Source: an uncultured Saprospiraceae bacterium
Lineage (GTDB): Bacteria; Bacteroidota; Bacteroidia; Chitinophagales; Saprospiraceae
Length of the DNA: 64,000 bases
NCBI GenBank assembly: GCA_964441245.1
Contig: CAYTVR010000004.1
Span: forward strand, 15,119 to 79,118
Direction of reading: 5' to 3'
Shown: positions 47,835 through 59,199 of the stretch, piece by piece
How the letters are laid out: each line of letters begins with the position of its first letter
How positions within the stretch are numbered: position 1 is the stretch's first letter
Made by a program: the position numbers and the translations under genes
The notes under the pieces: model-generated
Told to the model about the DNA's origin: nothing
The model's input: only the letters and a program-made list of their open reading frames with translations
Databases searched by the model: none

Positions 47835-49142
47835 ATGGCCTATTTTCCCAAAATAAAGAAAATCCCATATCTCGGTCCTGATTCAAAAGAAATGATGGCA
47901 TTCACACACTACGATGAAAATAAAGTGGTGCTAGGAAAAACGATGAAAGAACATTTTAGATTCGCCGTTTCCTATTGGCATAGTTTCAACGGAACAGGAG
48001 CTGACCCATTCGGACCTGGCACAAGAATTTTACCTTGGAATAAAGGTAGAGATGCTTACAAAAGGGCCAAGAATAAAATGGATGCTGCGTTCGAATTCAT
48101 CAGCAAATTAGGTATTCCTTTCTATTGTTTTCATGATGTAGATTTGATCGATGAAGGGGGCAGCATTGCTGAATATGAAAAACGAATGAAGTTCATTACA
48201 GATTATGCTTTGAAAAAACAAAAGGAAACAGGCATCCAACTATTATGGGGAACGGCTAATTTATTTTCTCATCCACGTTATATGAATGGTGCTTCTACCA
48301 ATCCTGATTTTAATGTGGTGGCTTACGCCGGAACACAAGTCAAAGCATGTATCGATGCAACCATCAAATTGGGTGGACAAAATTATGTTTTCTGGGGTGG
48401 CCGAGAAGGTTATATGTCTTTGCTCAATACAGACATGAAACGAGAAAAAGATCACTTGGCGACCTTCCTAAAAATGGCTCGTGACTACGGTCGAAAAAAA
48501 GGATTCAAAGGAACTTTCTTGATCGAACCTAAGCCAATGGAACCCTCCAAACACCAATATGATTTTGATGCGGCTACCTGTATTTCATTTTTACAAGAGT
48601 ATGACCTCATGGATGATTTCAAACTCAACATTGAAGTCAATCATGCTACCTTAGCTAGCCATACTTTTGAACATGAGTTACAAGTTTCTGCGGATGCAGG
48701 AGTATTGGGAAGTATCGACGCCAACAGAGGAGATTATCAAAATGGTTGGGATACCGATCAATTTCCTGTTGATTTATTTGAATTAGTCCAAGCGATGTTG
48801 GTCATTGCTCAACATGGTTTAGGAACTGGAGGGGTCAATTTTGATGCAAAAGTTAGAAGAAATTCAACAGACATGGCAGATATGTTTGTCGCACATATTT
48901 CAGGAATGGACGTTTTTGCCAGAGCATTGTTAATCACTGAAGATTTACTGAACAACAGCGATTTTTCTAAAATGAGAAAAGAGCGTTATGCTAGTTTTGA
49001 TAAAGGCAATGGCGCTAAATTCGAAAAAGGAAAAATGACCTTAGATACTTTGCGTAAACATGCCATGAAAAATGGAGAACCCAATCAGATCAGCGGTCAA
49101 CAAGAAATCTACGAACGATTGATTAATATGTATATTAAATAA
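47835..49142 (+). CDS. xylA: Xylose isomerase
   Basis: [34 protein letters not shown] and [10 protein letters not shown] are canonical class II XylA motifs. Confidence 0.95.
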   Translation: MAYFPKIKKIPYLGPDSKEMMAFTHYDENKVVLGKTMKEHFRFAVSYWHSFNGTGADPFGPGTRILPWNKGRDAYKRAKNKMDAAFEFISKLGIPFYCFHDVDLIDEGGSIAEYEKRMKFITDYALKKQKETGIQLLWGTANLFSHPRYMNGASTNPDFNVVAYAGTQVKACIDATIKLGGQNYVFWGGREGYMSLLNTDMKREKDHLATFLKMARDYGRKKGFKGTFLIEPKPMEPSKHQYDFDAATCISFLQEYDLMDDFKLNIEVNHATLASHTFEHELQVSADAGVLGSIDANRGDYQNGWDTDQFPVDLFELVQAMLVIAQHGLGTGGVNFDAKVRRNSTDMADMFVAHISGMDVFARALLITEDLLNNSDFSKMRKERYASFDKGNGAKFEKGKMTLDTLRKHAMKNGEPNQISGQQEIYERLINMYIK

Positions 49143-49343
49143 GATAATAATGATTGATGTGAAAAATTCTAAACAAGAAAATTTTGCATCTCCCTGTATA
49201 TACCTAAGAATCCTTATGTGACGAATGATATTTTTTTCGAAAAGTATTATTCGTCCACAATTTTACTCCTTAACTAAGAGCTTGTCGAAAATATTGATTT
49301 TCAATTAAAAAAATTAGACAGACTCTAAAGCAATACATCAACT

Positions 49344-50972
49344 ATGAATGAAGCAACTCCATTATTTGAAACCCTAGATTGGGTCGTTTTAGGACTGTAC
49401 TTTTGTGCGCTTTTAGCCATCGCAGTATGGGTCATGAGACAAAAAAATGAAAACACAGAAGATTACTTTTTAGCAGGAAAAAATGTCGGTTGGTTTGTAA
49501 TCGGTGCTTCTATCTTTGCTTCTAATATTGGATCTGAACATGTAGTCGGACTTGCAGGTACCGGTGCAGAATCCGGAATGCCAATGGCACATTACGAACT
49601 CCATGCTTGGATTGTACTCTTGCTTGGTTGGCTCTTTCTCCCCTTCTATATGCGCAGCGGTGTTTTTACCATGCCCGAATTTTTGGAAAAAAGATTTGAC
49701 TCTAGATCTAGATGGTTCCTTTCTATTCTATCCATTGTTGGTTATGTTTTGACGAAAGTTTCTGTAACCATTTATGCAGGAGGAATTGTTGTTTCTCAAT
49801 TATTAGATATTCCATTTTTATATGGAGCTTTTGGAACGGTCATCATCACCGGACTCTATACCATACTTGGAGGAATGCGAGCAGTGGTTTATACCGAAGC
49901 ATTACAAACGGTAGTTTTGATCGTCGGATCACTGATTATTACTGCATTAGGTTTGAATGCCATTGGTGGTTTTGCTGAATTAAAAGCAACCGTAGGTAGC
50001 GAACATTTTAATATGTGGCGACCTGCTTCTGATCCTGAATATCCTTGGACGGGAATGGTCTTTGGTGGAACAATTGTAGGCATCTGGTATTGGTGTACCG
50101 ATCAATATATTGTACAAAGAACCTTAGCCGCTGCTGATATCGAAATTGGAAGGCGAGGAGCTATTTTTGGTGCCTATCTGAAAATTTTGCCAATCTTTAT
50201 TTTCTTAGTACCTGGCATCATTGCTTATGGTTTGAAGCAAAAAGGATTAATGACTTACGAAAAAAGTGATCAGGTATTTCCAGCATTGGTGGCTTATCTT
50301 CTACCAGTTGGTTTGAAAGGATTAGTTGCTGGTGGATTGATGGCCGCGTTGATGAGTTCATTGGCTTCTGTTTTCAATTCCTCTTCTACGCTATTCACTG
50401 TTGATATTTTTAAAAAATTATATCCAGATACCCCTGAAAAAAAATTAGTTAATATTGGTCGACTATCCACTGTCTTTGTCGTTATATTAGGAATGCTTTG
50501 GATTCCCATCATGCAAAAAATTGGTGGAGGAACCTTGTATAAATATTTGCAAAGTGTACAATCTTATATTGCTCCACCAATCACCACGGTTTTCCTTCTA
50601 GGAATTTTGTGGAAACGAGTCAACGCACAAGGAGCCATTGCTACTTTGCTATTTGGATTAATCATGGGAACCTTGAGAATCATGGCTGAACTGAGTGTCG
50701 TAGAAGGCGGAAGTGGATTCATACATACTTTTGCGACCATCAATTTTGCACACATGGCCATCATCATGTTCCTTTGTTGTGTTGTGGTTTGTATCGGTGT
50801 GAGTTTGGCAACGCCTCCTCCATCACAAGCGCAGATAGCTGGTTTAACTTTTGGTACATTGACCGAAGAACAAAAAGCTTCAGCTAAAAATAGTTATTCA
50901 AAAGTAGACTTGATCGCTTCAGCAGTATTGGTCATAGTGATCATTGGTATCCTTGCTTATTTTACTGGATAA
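49344..50972 (+). CDS. Sodium:solute symporter (SGLT/SSF family), probable xylose/glucose transporter
   Basis: About 13-14 TM segments with SSF motifs (YFLAGKNVGWFVIGASIFASNIGSEH, GGMRAVVYTEALQ). Located next to xylA. Confidence 0.85.
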   Translation: MNEATPLFETLDWVVLGLYFCALLAIAVWVMRQKNENTEDYFLAGKNVGWFVIGASIFASNIGSEHVVGLAGTGAESGMPMAHYELHAWIVLLLGWLFLPFYMRSGVFTMPEFLEKRFDSRSRWFLSILSIVGYVLTKVSVTIYAGGIVVSQLLDIPFLYGAFGTVIITGLYTILGGMRAVVYTEALQTVVLIVGSLIITALGLNAIGGFAELKATVGSEHFNMWRPASDPEYPWTGMVFGGTIVGIWYWCTDQYIVQRTLAAADIEIGRRGAIFGAYLKILPIFIFLVPGIIAYGLKQKGLMTYEKSDQVFPALVAYLLPVGLKGLVAGGLMAALMSSLASVFNSSSTLFTVDIFKKLYPDTPEKKLVNIGRLSTVFVVILGMLWIPIMQKIGGGTLYKYLQSVQSYIAPPITTVFLLGILWKRVNAQGAIATLLFGLIMGTLRIMAELSVVEGGSGFIHTFATINFAHMAIIMFLCCVVVCIGVSLATPPPSQAQIAGLTFGTLTEEQKASAKNSYSKVDLIASAVLVIVIIGILAYFTG

Positions 50973-51046
50973 TGTCATTTCGATCCTATTTAATCGATAG
51001 GAGTTGCTTTCGCAAAATGGGTAAACACTCATTTCTAGAAACTTAA

Positions 51047-51157
51047 CCTTCTTCGACAAATTCTGTGGACATTCATAAAATGAGATGAAAAAGCGACCAA
51101 AGGAAGCGTTGAATCTCAATTTTGAATGTCTATACACAAAGGATTTGTCGAAGAACC
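51047..51157 (-). mobile_element. MITE copy C (111 bp, inverted orientation, internal ~14-bp deletion) with an 8-bp TSD
   Basis: Its reverse complement matches copies A and B. Flanked by AAACTTAA at 51039-51046 and 51158-51165. Confidence 0.85.
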
Positions 51158-51163
51158 AAACTT

Positions 51164-51211
51164 AAAAAGGATAGAAAGTCCCCAAATTCTAGGGTTTTCT
51201 ATCCTTTTTTT
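51164..51211 (+). terminator. Rho-independent terminator downstream of the xyl operon
   Basis: The aaaaaggatagaaa / tttctatccttttt stem is followed by a T-run. Confidence 0.7.
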
Positions 51212-51684
51212 ATGAAAAACTATTCTTTAAACACCGGTTTGATGCAACAAGAATGCTGATAAAAAACACAATCCAGAAGCTTCTCTAGGCTAAAAAATCA
51301 TAATTGTTTAAGCTTAAATGTTAAAATTTGAAAAAAAATAAAGCTTAGAATGTCACAATATGATTTATTCTTATCTTTTTTTATTCAATATCTAATTCTC
51401 CTATAATCAGGCAATTTTACCGTATATCCTTCTAATAGTACACTTCCCTTCGTTTTATATCCGTTTACTGTCTTTAATTTTCTCATCCTTTCTCTTAAAC
51501 CTTTAACCTATTTTGCTCATTCATAGGTATTTTCATTGTCACAGTAGATTTTCCCAAAACTTGCGTTCATATATTATTTTTTAATATATTTGACTCAGAA
51601 TTCAGACTTAGAGAAATTATAATCCAATACCTTGAACATTTGGTTTAATTCCAAAAGCCGATTAAACCTTCAAAACTAGAGCCT

Positions 51685-51939
51685 ATGCCGCTAATGTTAC
51701 TTTATGTAATAGCAATCACTTTGATTTGCTTTATTTCAATAATACTTACGGAAACACCTCAAAATTTTACTGCAAATTCTAATAGCGATCCAGAGAATCA
51801 ATTTTCTCCTAATCCAGCCATGGACAATTTCAATTCTAGAATAGATCGCCTGGGGATAACCTCTCTTTCTAATAATGAATTAGAAGAGCATACAACATCT
51901 GCTGACGAACCTGTCGCAGAAACCTATCATTATTTTTAA
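51685..51939 (+). CDS. Hypothetical small membrane protein (weak call)
   Basis: ORF only. One N-terminal hydrophobic helix and no recognisable family. Confidence 0.25.
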   Translation: MPLMLLYVIAITLICFISIILTETPQNFTANSNSDPENQFSPNPAMDNFNSRIDRLGITSLSNNELEEHTTSADEPVAETYHYF

Positions 51940-52184
51940 TGAAATAAAAAATTGAAATGTTGACAGAACATCCGAAATGTTCAACGCATATTTCAATGAA
52001 AACTAGAAATTTTACAATCGAATAATGTTCTACTTAACAACTTAGACTATTTAGTTTGAGTTATAGCAAATCATTGCATGACTTTGAGCTATTCAGAGGA
52101 TGAATAATTATTTCGATTTCTAAAAATATTTTTACTACAAACATACTTGAAAACATTTAGTTTCTGAGAAACTAAACAATCTAT

Positions 52185-52225
52185 GCCTATTCAGAAGTTT
52201 TCCTATCTCTGAATAGGCTTTTTTT
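52185..52225 (+). terminator. Rho-independent terminator (plus strand)
   Basis: The gcctattcag / ctgaataggc stem is followed by TTTTTTT. Confidence 0.65.
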
Positions 52226-52326
52226 ATGCTCCCCATAATGATTTACTAAAGGATGGAAATAAGAACGAACGTTGCTCCTTGAAGGAACAACGTTCGTTGT
52301 ATTTAGTCCAAAAAAAATCGTAGAAT

Positions 52327-53088
52327 CTATTTAGATAAGGCTGCCTTTCGGAGTTTTTGTAAAAAAGGAGAAGCAAATATAAAATCTTGCAACAATTCAT
52401 TATCACTGTCCAAGACTTCCGTTTTATTTCCTTTCCAAGCTAATTTGCCCAGATGAAGAAAAGCAATATTATCTCCAATCTCCATAACGGAATTCATATC
52501 GTGGGTATTAATCACCGTGGTCATATTTTGTTCATAAGTCAAACTTTTGATCAAATCATCAATCAACAAAGCCGTCTTGGGATCTAAACCAGAATTCGGT
52601 TCATCACAAAACAAGTATTTGGGCTCTAGCACAATGGCTCTCGCAATACCGACCCGTTTTTGCATCCCACCACTTGTTTCTGAGGGATACTTTTTATTTG
52701 CCCCTTCCAGATTCACTCGCTCCAAACAATAGTTGACTCGCTCCAATTTTTCCTTTTTGGTTTTATTGGTAAACATGTCCAAAGGAAAGCGAATGTTTTC
52801 TTCTACCGTCATAGAATCAAATAAAGCAGAACCTTGAAATAACATCCCCACATCCATTCGGATCTCTCGCTTTTCCTTTTTTCCCAGCTGATGAAAATCA
52901 ATATCACCGTACCACACATTTCCTTTCGTAGGAGTCATCAAGCCTACCAATAATTTCAATAAAACAGTTTTACCCGCTCCACTCTTTCCAATGATCAAGT
53001 TGGTCTTACCTTGTTCAAAAGTATAGTCGATCCCTTTTAAAACTTCCGTTTCATCAAAAGATTTGAATATATTTTCTGCTCGAATCAT
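52327..53088 (-). CDS. ABC transporter ATP-binding protein (MlaF-like)
   Basis: Walker A GKSGAGKT, signature SGGMQKR and Walker B LFCDEP. Adjacent to an MlaE-like permease gene. Confidence 0.85.
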   Translation of the reverse strand: MIRAENIFKSFDETEVLKGIDYTFEQGKTNLIIGKSGAGKTVLLKLLVGLMTPTKGNVWYGDIDFHQLGKKEKREIRMDVGMLFQGSALFDSMTVEENIRFPLDMFTNKTKKEKLERVNYCLERVNLEGANKKYPSETSGGMQKRVGIARAIVLEPKYLFCDEPNSGLDPKTALLIDDLIKSLTYEQNMTTVINTHDMNSVMEIGDNIAFLHLGKLAWKGNKTEVLDSDNELLQDFIFASPFLQKLRKAALSK

Positions 53089-53136
53089 TTTTTTATTGGT
53101 GTTAAGGTCACTTGAATGTGAATACTATGACACTGC

Positions 53137-53883
53137 TTACTGAGTTAACAACATTACGATCATATAATCTGCTAATAGAATTAAAATATCGCTATACACT
53201 ACCGCCTGAGTACTGGCTTGGCCTAACTCAATACTTCCACCTTTTACATAATAGCCTTGATAGCAAGAAACGCTAGTCAAAATAAAGGCAAATACAATCG
53301 CTTTGACAAACATCATATAAACATTGTAAGGCAAAAAGAAGGATCGGATTCCTAGGACATATTCAGCATCTGTGATCAAACCTCCATAAACACTCGCGAT
53401 ATATCCCCCCATAATACTTACAAAAGCTGCTATAGATACCAACAAAGGAATCACAAATACAGCAGCAATAATTTTAGGCATGATCAAGTATGCCGCAGTA
53501 TTGACTCCCATAATTTCCATCGCATCAATGTGTTCTTTTTGTCGCATACCACCAATTTCGGAGGCCATATTCGATCCGACTTTTCCGGCAAGGACCAAAC
53601 AAGTCACCATCGGTGCCATTTCAATAATCGTCGTATCTCTGACGATATATCCAATATAAAATGCGGGAACAAAACTATCTTCTAACTGGTAAGCAAACTG
53701 CAATGCCGTCACTGCACCGATGAATACGGATATCAAAATAACAATGATTAGTGAACCAATTCCTATATCATTCATTTGCCTCATTGTCTCTTTCCAGTAC
53801 ATGGAAAACTTCTCTGGGCGAGACCAAACTGTTTTCATCAACAGTAAATAGCGGCCAACATGATATAAAACGTTTAAATTCAT
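53137..53883 (-). CDS. MlaE-family ABC transporter permease
   Basis: MlaE-like pattern (MRQMNDIGIGSLIIV..., GGMRQKEHIDAMEIMGVN). The start was set at MNLNVLYHVGR. Confidence 0.8.
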   Translation of the reverse strand: MNLNVLYHVGRYLLLMKTVWSRPEKFSMYWKETMRQMNDIGIGSLIIVILISVFIGAVTALQFAYQLEDSFVPAFYIGYIVRDTTIIEMAPMVTCLVLAGKVGSNMASEIGGMRQKEHIDAMEIMGVNTAAYLIMPKIIAAVFVIPLLVSIAAFVSIMGGYIASVYGGLITDAEYVLGIRSFFLPYNVYMMFVKAIVFAFILTSVSCYQGYYVKGGSIELGQASTQAVVYSDILILLADYMIVMLLTQ

Positions 53884-54023
53884 ACGTGCAAAAGCAATAT
53901 TAAATGAGGCGCAAAAATAGTTTAATTTAGTAGGATTGCAAAGACAATTATAATTCACACCAAAATTTAAACTAGATACTTCCTTATTTAAAACTCTTTT
54001 TCCCTATTATTGTTCCTAAAAAT

Positions 54024-54725
54024 ATGAATATAATTATCACTGGAGGTACCAAGGGCATCGGTCTAGCTATAGCTGAAAAATTTGCGCAAAATGGATTTAA
54101 CCTAGCAATTTGCTCTAGAAATTACAAAGATCTGCAAGCGATGAAAAAGGATTTTTCAAGTCGCTTTCCCAAGATTGAGTTTTTGATAAAAAAAACCGAT
54201 ATGTCTAAGCAGAAGGAGGTCATGGCTTTCGCCAAACATATTCAGTCCAAATGGAAAAAAGTAGATGTGTTGATCAATAACGCCGGAGTATTTTTACCTG
54301 GCGCCATTCATCTAGAGGAAGAAGGAACACTTGAAAAACAAATCAATACCAACCTTTATAGCGCTTATCACTTGACGCGTGCCATTTTACCTTTGATGTT
54401 AAAACGCAAAAGTGGTTATATCTTCAATATGTGTTCCATTGCCAGTATCATGGCTTATCCAAATGGCGGTTCCTATAGTATTTCCAAATTTGCTTTATAT
54501 GGTTTTTCAAAAGTCCTTCGGGAGGAAATGAAAGACAAAGGGATTCGAGTCAGTGCTGTTTTGCCAGGAGCCACTTGGTCTAATTCCTGGGCTGGCGTAG
54601 ATCTGCCTGTCGAACGATTGATGCAAGCTAGCGATGTGGCCGATGCTATTTGGAGTGCTTATAATATGACTCCCTCAGCAGTTATGGAAGAAATCATTTT
54701 ACGACCACAGTTGGGGGATCTTTGA
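54024..54725 (+). CDS. SDR family oxidoreductase
   Basis: TGGTKGIGLA, NNAG and YSISK catalytic motifs. Confidence 0.85.
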   Translation: MNIIITGGTKGIGLAIAEKFAQNGFNLAICSRNYKDLQAMKKDFSSRFPKIEFLIKKTDMSKQKEVMAFAKHIQSKWKKVDVLINNAGVFLPGAIHLEEEGTLEKQINTNLYSAYHLTRAILPLMLKRKSGYIFNMCSIASIMAYPNGGSYSISKFALYGFSKVLREEMKDKGIRVSAVLPGATWSNSWAGVDLPVERLMQASDVADAIWSAYNMTPSAVMEEIILRPQLGDL

Positions 54726-54923
54726 TGATTGGTTATCCCGACTTCCAGTTGCTCTAATGACGGGAACCGGTCGGGATCTTTACTGCGTTTCGATTGAATA
54801 TTGATTATTCATTACTGGATATTGGTTATTTACCAGTCCCCAATTTCGTTTAATTTTTTAATATAAATCAGGTGTCAGGAGCGCGCGATCCTAAGAACCG
54901 AGTGCTCCTTACACCTCTTCCCC

Positions 54924-55808
54924 CTAAAACAATTTCACCACCTTTCCCTCATCTTCCGCTTTTACTTCATAAATTAAAGTCTTTGTTCCCAACTTACCTT
55001 TCTTATACAACTTTGTACCGATAGACCAATTCTCTTTTCTCGTCATCATTGGAAAAAGATTCAAGCCATAGCTAAAATAATTACCATCAGGTTTAGGACC
55101 TTTTACGTAAGCATGAATTCGATTGAGACTATTATTTTTTATTTCAAATTGGATAAATCTCGTATCAATTGGCTGTGTTTGGGTATCTACAATTCCTTGA
55201 GAAGAAAGGCCTTCAATCAGACTAGGGCTTCCAGTATATTTGACGACACCATCTTCTTTCACTTTGGCTTTTAATGATTCATTAGCATTGACATATACTT
55301 TGCCATCTTCTGTGATTTTCACTTTTACTTTTTGAGCAGATAAATCATAAGCATCGATAATCGAACTTTCAGAGATAATCTCTAAATCATCGACTCGACC
55401 AGATAGTTTAATTCGACTAATACTAGAGGCTACCTCTAATGCCGACTGATCCAAATTGGTCACCTTTATTTCCGACCATGAATCATTATAAAGTGCTTTT
55501 AATTCTTTGGTATAAATGACCAGACCGATTTCTTTGGTTCCTTCGATCCATTTTTTTTGACCGATTTCAATGAAGCCTCTTTTTCGATCTGTGGAAACAT
55601 AATCAACAATATTTTCATCATAACTGATCTCAATCCGATTTTCAGTAGCTCCTGAAATGATCTCCACTTTTCCGTTGATGTTAATTAAGATCTTATCTAG
55701 TTTTTGAAAGGTTCTAGTTTGTGTCGTTCGTTTGCCGTTGCCATTGATTTGAGCGTTCAATTGAGCAAATAGAATGAGCGATAGGCAAAGCACTAATATC
55801 TTTTTCAT
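54924..55808 (-). CDS. Secreted DUF2807-like (adhesin-head GIN-type beta-solenoid) protein
   Basis: Signal peptide. A GNGKRTTQTRTFQKLDKI...VEIISG start and repeated beta-strand pattern resemble DUF2807. The C-terminal ~80 aa are unassigned. Confidence 0.5.
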   Translation of the reverse strand: MKKILVLCLSLILFAQLNAQINGNGKRTTQTRTFQKLDKILININGKVEIISGATENRIEISYDENIVDYVSTDRKRGFIEIGQKKWIEGTKEIGLVIYTKELKALYNDSWSEIKVTNLDQSALEVASSISRIKLSGRVDDLEIISESSIIDAYDLSAQKVKVKITEDGKVYVNANESLKAKVKEDGVVKYTGSPSLIEGLSSQGIVDTQTQPIDTRFIQFEIKNNSLNRIHAYVKGPKPDGNYFSYGLNLFPMMTRKENWSIGTKLYKKGKLGTKTLIYEVKAEDEGKVVKLF

Positions 55809-55983
55809 AATCTTTTATTTAATGGTTTTTAAAATTCGAAATGATTTATTCCGATTGACCAGTCAAAGGTGCTTTAAAAAGTAATAAATGTCGTCTCAAA
55901 TTTATTTGGTACTGGCTCAAATCATAATTTGAGTCGCCCAAGCAACTGATTATCAACTATTTAGTCGTTTTACACCAAAAGAC

Positions 55984-57159
55984 TTATTTTTCTATATTTT
56001 GAACAAATGTGCTTGGCGATTGGCCGGTGAGTTTTTTAAAAGTACGGTTAAAAGTCGCTTTACTATTGAATCCGCTTTCAAATGCAATAGCCAAGAGGGA
56101 ATAGGTAGAAGTTTTACCTTCTTTGATTTCATTTTTAACTCGCTGAACGCGGAATGAATTCACATAATCATTAAAATTCATCCCTGCTTCATGATTGATT
56201 ATCCTGGACAAAATTCCTGGTGGCATTTCCATCATTTTTGCCAATCCAGCTAAAGTCAATCGAGCATCTAAGTAAGGGGTTTCTTTTTCCATCAACTGAT
56301 TCAAGATTTGCATTTGTTGACTAAATATGGGAAGATCGACCTTTTCTAAACTGGTTTCATCCTCTCTTTTCAAATCCATTCCTCCAGCCTCAATATTATG
56401 TTGATGTAATTTATTCACATCAAATAAAAATCCATAAACACCCAAATAAATTAAGGAAAGTCCCGCAACCAAATGTCCCCACCAATATCCTTTATATCCC
56501 AAATTAATGATTCGATCATTGATCTCGTCTAAAACAAACATTAAAAAAAACAGAGAGGTAAACGTAGCTAGAAAATTTTGAAGCCAACGCAATTCGACCT
56601 CAAATTGATTGGAAAATAATTCTTGAGTTTTCTTCCGATAATCTAAATAAATCCAAATGGCCAGCACCAAATAAATCCCCACTGACACATCCATTAAAAT
56701 ACTGAATCCAAAACCAATATAATTAGCCATTTGGCTAGAAAATAATTCTCCATTCTGTACTTCATCAAAACCACTTTGATTTACATCATAGGCATAAATA
56801 CTAAGTCGGTAAATGACAAATAACAACTGAGGTACAAAATGCCAAACATCTTTTTTTGTGAACTTAAAGTCTGGTCGAATCACACTTTTCACATAAAAAT
56901 AAATCAGAGGACCAATGATCAAAAAACTCGAAATCAAAAAATAATTAATTTTTGTATTCGGATAATTATCGTACCAAGCCATAAAACCAATCGTATACGT
57001 TGTTAGCTCATAGGTATGCAGTAGGAGCACTCCTCCCAACAGAAAATCAGAGATGTTTTTTTTACGAAAGTACCTCGTAAATAATAGTGCACTAAAAACA
57101 AGGCCACATACATAGAGTATCGCTAATGGTGTACTGTACCAACTAAAAGTAGGAAACAT
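55984..57159 (-). CDS. Membrane-anchored AraC-family transcriptional regulator
   Basis: The N-terminal ~250 aa are polytopic and hydrophobic. The C-terminal AraC HTH reads LAGLAKMMEMPPGILSRIIN...IAFESGFNSKATFNRTFKKLTGQSP. Confidence 0.8.
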   Translation of the reverse strand: MFPTFSWYSTPLAILYVCGLVFSALLFTRYFRKKNISDFLLGGVLLLHTYELTTYTIGFMAWYDNYPNTKINYFLISSFLIIGPLIYFYVKSVIRPDFKFTKKDVWHFVPQLLFVIYRLSIYAYDVNQSGFDEVQNGELFSSQMANYIGFGFSILMDVSVGIYLVLAIWIYLDYRKKTQELFSNQFEVELRWLQNFLATFTSLFFLMFVLDEINDRIINLGYKGYWWGHLVAGLSLIYLGVYGFLFDVNKLHQHNIEAGGMDLKREDETSLEKVDLPIFSQQMQILNQLMEKETPYLDARLTLAGLAKMMEMPPGILSRIINHEAGMNFNDYVNSFRVQRVKNEIKEGKTSTYSLLAIAFESGFNSKATFNRTFKKLTGQSPSTFVQNIEK

Positions 57160-57479
57160 AAAAATAAATTAAACGCATAATTTTATCCAAAATGAAAATC
57201 TAATTTTTTAATTCCAAAGTATTGTTTTTTTAGATTTCTTATAAACATCAACTGAAGGTAATAGTTTTTGAACATTATTTTTTTATTTTGACCTTGTTCA
57301 TCTAATTTACATTGAGGCTCATCTATAAAATTTCATTCCGCTTCTTAGAATGTGGCATTTTTCTTTCAAAAATATTTTTCACTATTTTTAAAGTAATTTC
57401 GAATCTTATCCGTCTACATAATTAAGTGCTAAGACAAAAGAAAGAAAAAAGAGGGATAAAAGGCAGAAAGCCACAAAGA

Positions 57480-58031
57480 ATGACCGAAAAACAACAGCGA
57501 ACCATTACCGGAGTCATCAAAGAATATAACCGAAAGCTATTTGGTTTTATTCGAGGGCGTGTATCCAATCCTGCAGATGCGGAGGATATACTTCAAGATG
57601 TATGGTATCAATTGAGCCGTGTAGGAAATATTGATTCGATTGAACAAATAAGTGGATGGCTTTTTCGAGTGGCTCGAAATAGATTAACCGATGATTATCG
57701 AAAACAAAAACCGGATTTAATTGAAGACCAAGCTTATGAAAACGACGACGAAGATCTTTATTTGAAAGATATTTTAATGGCGGACTCGCCAAGTCCAGAA
57801 GAAGAAAATTTAAAAGAATTGTTCTGGGAAGAGTTGTTCGAAGCCCTAGGTGAGTTACCTGAAAACCAACGGAATATTTTTGTTTGGAATGAATTGGAAG
57901 ACCAAACTTTTCAGGAGATCGCAGATCGAACGGGGACGAATATAAAAACCTTAATTTCAAGAAAAAGATACGCTGTTCAACATTTGCGAGAACGCTTGGA
58001 AAGCTTGTATCAGGAATTTAATATCGACTAG
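57480..58031 (+). CDS. ECF-type RNA polymerase sigma-70 factor
   Basis: Region 2 (AEDILQDVWYQL...WLFRVARNRLTDDYRK) and region 4 (LPENQRNIFVWNELEDQTFQEIADRTGTNIKTLISRKRYA). The ATG at 57480 is preferred over the GTG at 57426. Confidence 0.85.
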   Translation: MTEKQQRTITGVIKEYNRKLFGFIRGRVSNPADAEDILQDVWYQLSRVGNIDSIEQISGWLFRVARNRLTDDYRKQKPDLIEDQAYENDDEDLYLKDILMADSPSPEEENLKELFWEELFEALGELPENQRNIFVWNELEDQTFQEIADRTGTNIKTLISRKRYAVQHLRERLESLYQEFNID

Positions 58032-58079
58032 AATCAAAGCAATATCTAAAACTAAAAACAAGAAGTTAAATACAATATT

Positions 58080-58421
58080 ATGCATAGCGAAAACAGACAT
58101 TTTCGGGTAAAATACAAAGCGAAGAAATTTTTATTTTTTGCTATTGCCATCATTTTATTTGGATTGGTTGTCGGTACCATAGTCATGTTGTTATGGAATG
58201 CCATCATTCCTAATATTTTAAATACACGGCCTATCAAATTTTGGGAAGCAGTTGGTCTATTGGCGCTTTGCCGTCTTTTAACTGGTGGATTTAATCGAGG
58301 GCGCTTTAGAAAAAAATATCGACGTAAAAAGCACCGATGGAAAGAAAAATGGATGAATATGTCGGAAGAGGAAAAAGCTGAATTCAAAGCACGCTGGAAA
58401 GAACGATGTGGACGAAGATAG
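58080..58421 (+). CDS. Small membrane protein with a highly basic C-terminal tail (possible anti-sigma/accessory factor)
   Basis: Two TM helices followed by RFRKKYRRKKHRWKEKWMNMSEEEKAEFKARWKERCGRR. It starts 48 nt after the sigma factor gene. Confidence 0.55.
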   Translation: MHSENRHFRVKYKAKKFLFFAIAIILFGLVVGTIVMLLWNAIIPNILNTRPIKFWEAVGLLALCRLLTGGFNRGRFRKKYRRKKHRWKEKWMNMSEEEKAEFKARWKERCGRR

Positions 58422-58825
58422 ACTACCTTTCGTAAAATCCATTTTTAAATAAAACAATACAACTCCTTGATGTCAACATCAGGGATGTTTTTAATTTGAG
58501 ACCTTTCTGGTCGCTAATTTTAGATCAATCAAATAGCCTATCAATAAGCTTAAATCATTAGTAAGAAATCACTTTAGCTATTTCACTATTGTGGTCTTTT
58601 ACGAAAGAAGGCTTATATGTCCTTTTGTGCCTTAAATGGTTCGAAAAAATCAGATTCAAGCAGCAATTCTAAAAAAAATAAAAAAAACTTTAAATAATTT
58701 AAAGTAATTCTAAAGCTCACCCGTCTTCTTAAATGTAAACAGTAGAAAACCGGATTCTACGATATTTAAATGAACCTATTTTATAACTAAGAAGTTGTTT
58801 AAAATTTCTACATAAAAAATAAATC

Positions 58826-59119
58826 ATGCGACAACCATTTAGAAAAATATTCGCCCTTTCATTAGGAATCATGGTATTCCTTCTATTGGCAAAAGTATTC
58901 GTTTCTGCCTTGTTTTTAGCCGTACTGATCAGCATTCCATATCTCTTTTTTAGAGGTCTTCGATCTGCATTAGTCAACGACCATTACCAGTCACGATCCT
59001 ACGATTACAATTTGTCCAGAAGTTATTCAGATGATGAACCCTTATTTTATTCCGACAACTATCGAGATCGAATTCAATTTGGGAAAAGACCAAGTTATCA
59101 TTTTGTAGAAGTCCAATAA
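58826..59119 (+). CDS. Hypothetical small membrane protein
   Basis: ORF with two hydrophobic helices and a Tyr/Ser/Asp-rich tail. No family recognised. Confidence 0.4.
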   Translation: MRQPFRKIFALSLGIMVFLLLAKVFVSALFLAVLISIPYLFFRGLRSALVNDHYQSRSYDYNLSRSYSDDEPLFYSDNYRDRIQFGKRPSYHFVEVQ

Positions 59120-59199
59120 ATGAGGGACAAAAATCATCATCATTAACCTGTAGGTAAAACTTACACCTACAATTTTACAACCTTTAAAAAATAATTATT

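Noticed and set aside
51685-52225. Possible sRNA between the 84-aa ORF and the plus-strand terminator at 52185-52225
   Set aside because: Local hairpins exist (TTTAGTTTC-N4-GAAACTAAA at about 52156-52177) and a good terminator follows. I could not identify a promoter or a known family. This is mentioned here rather than claimed.
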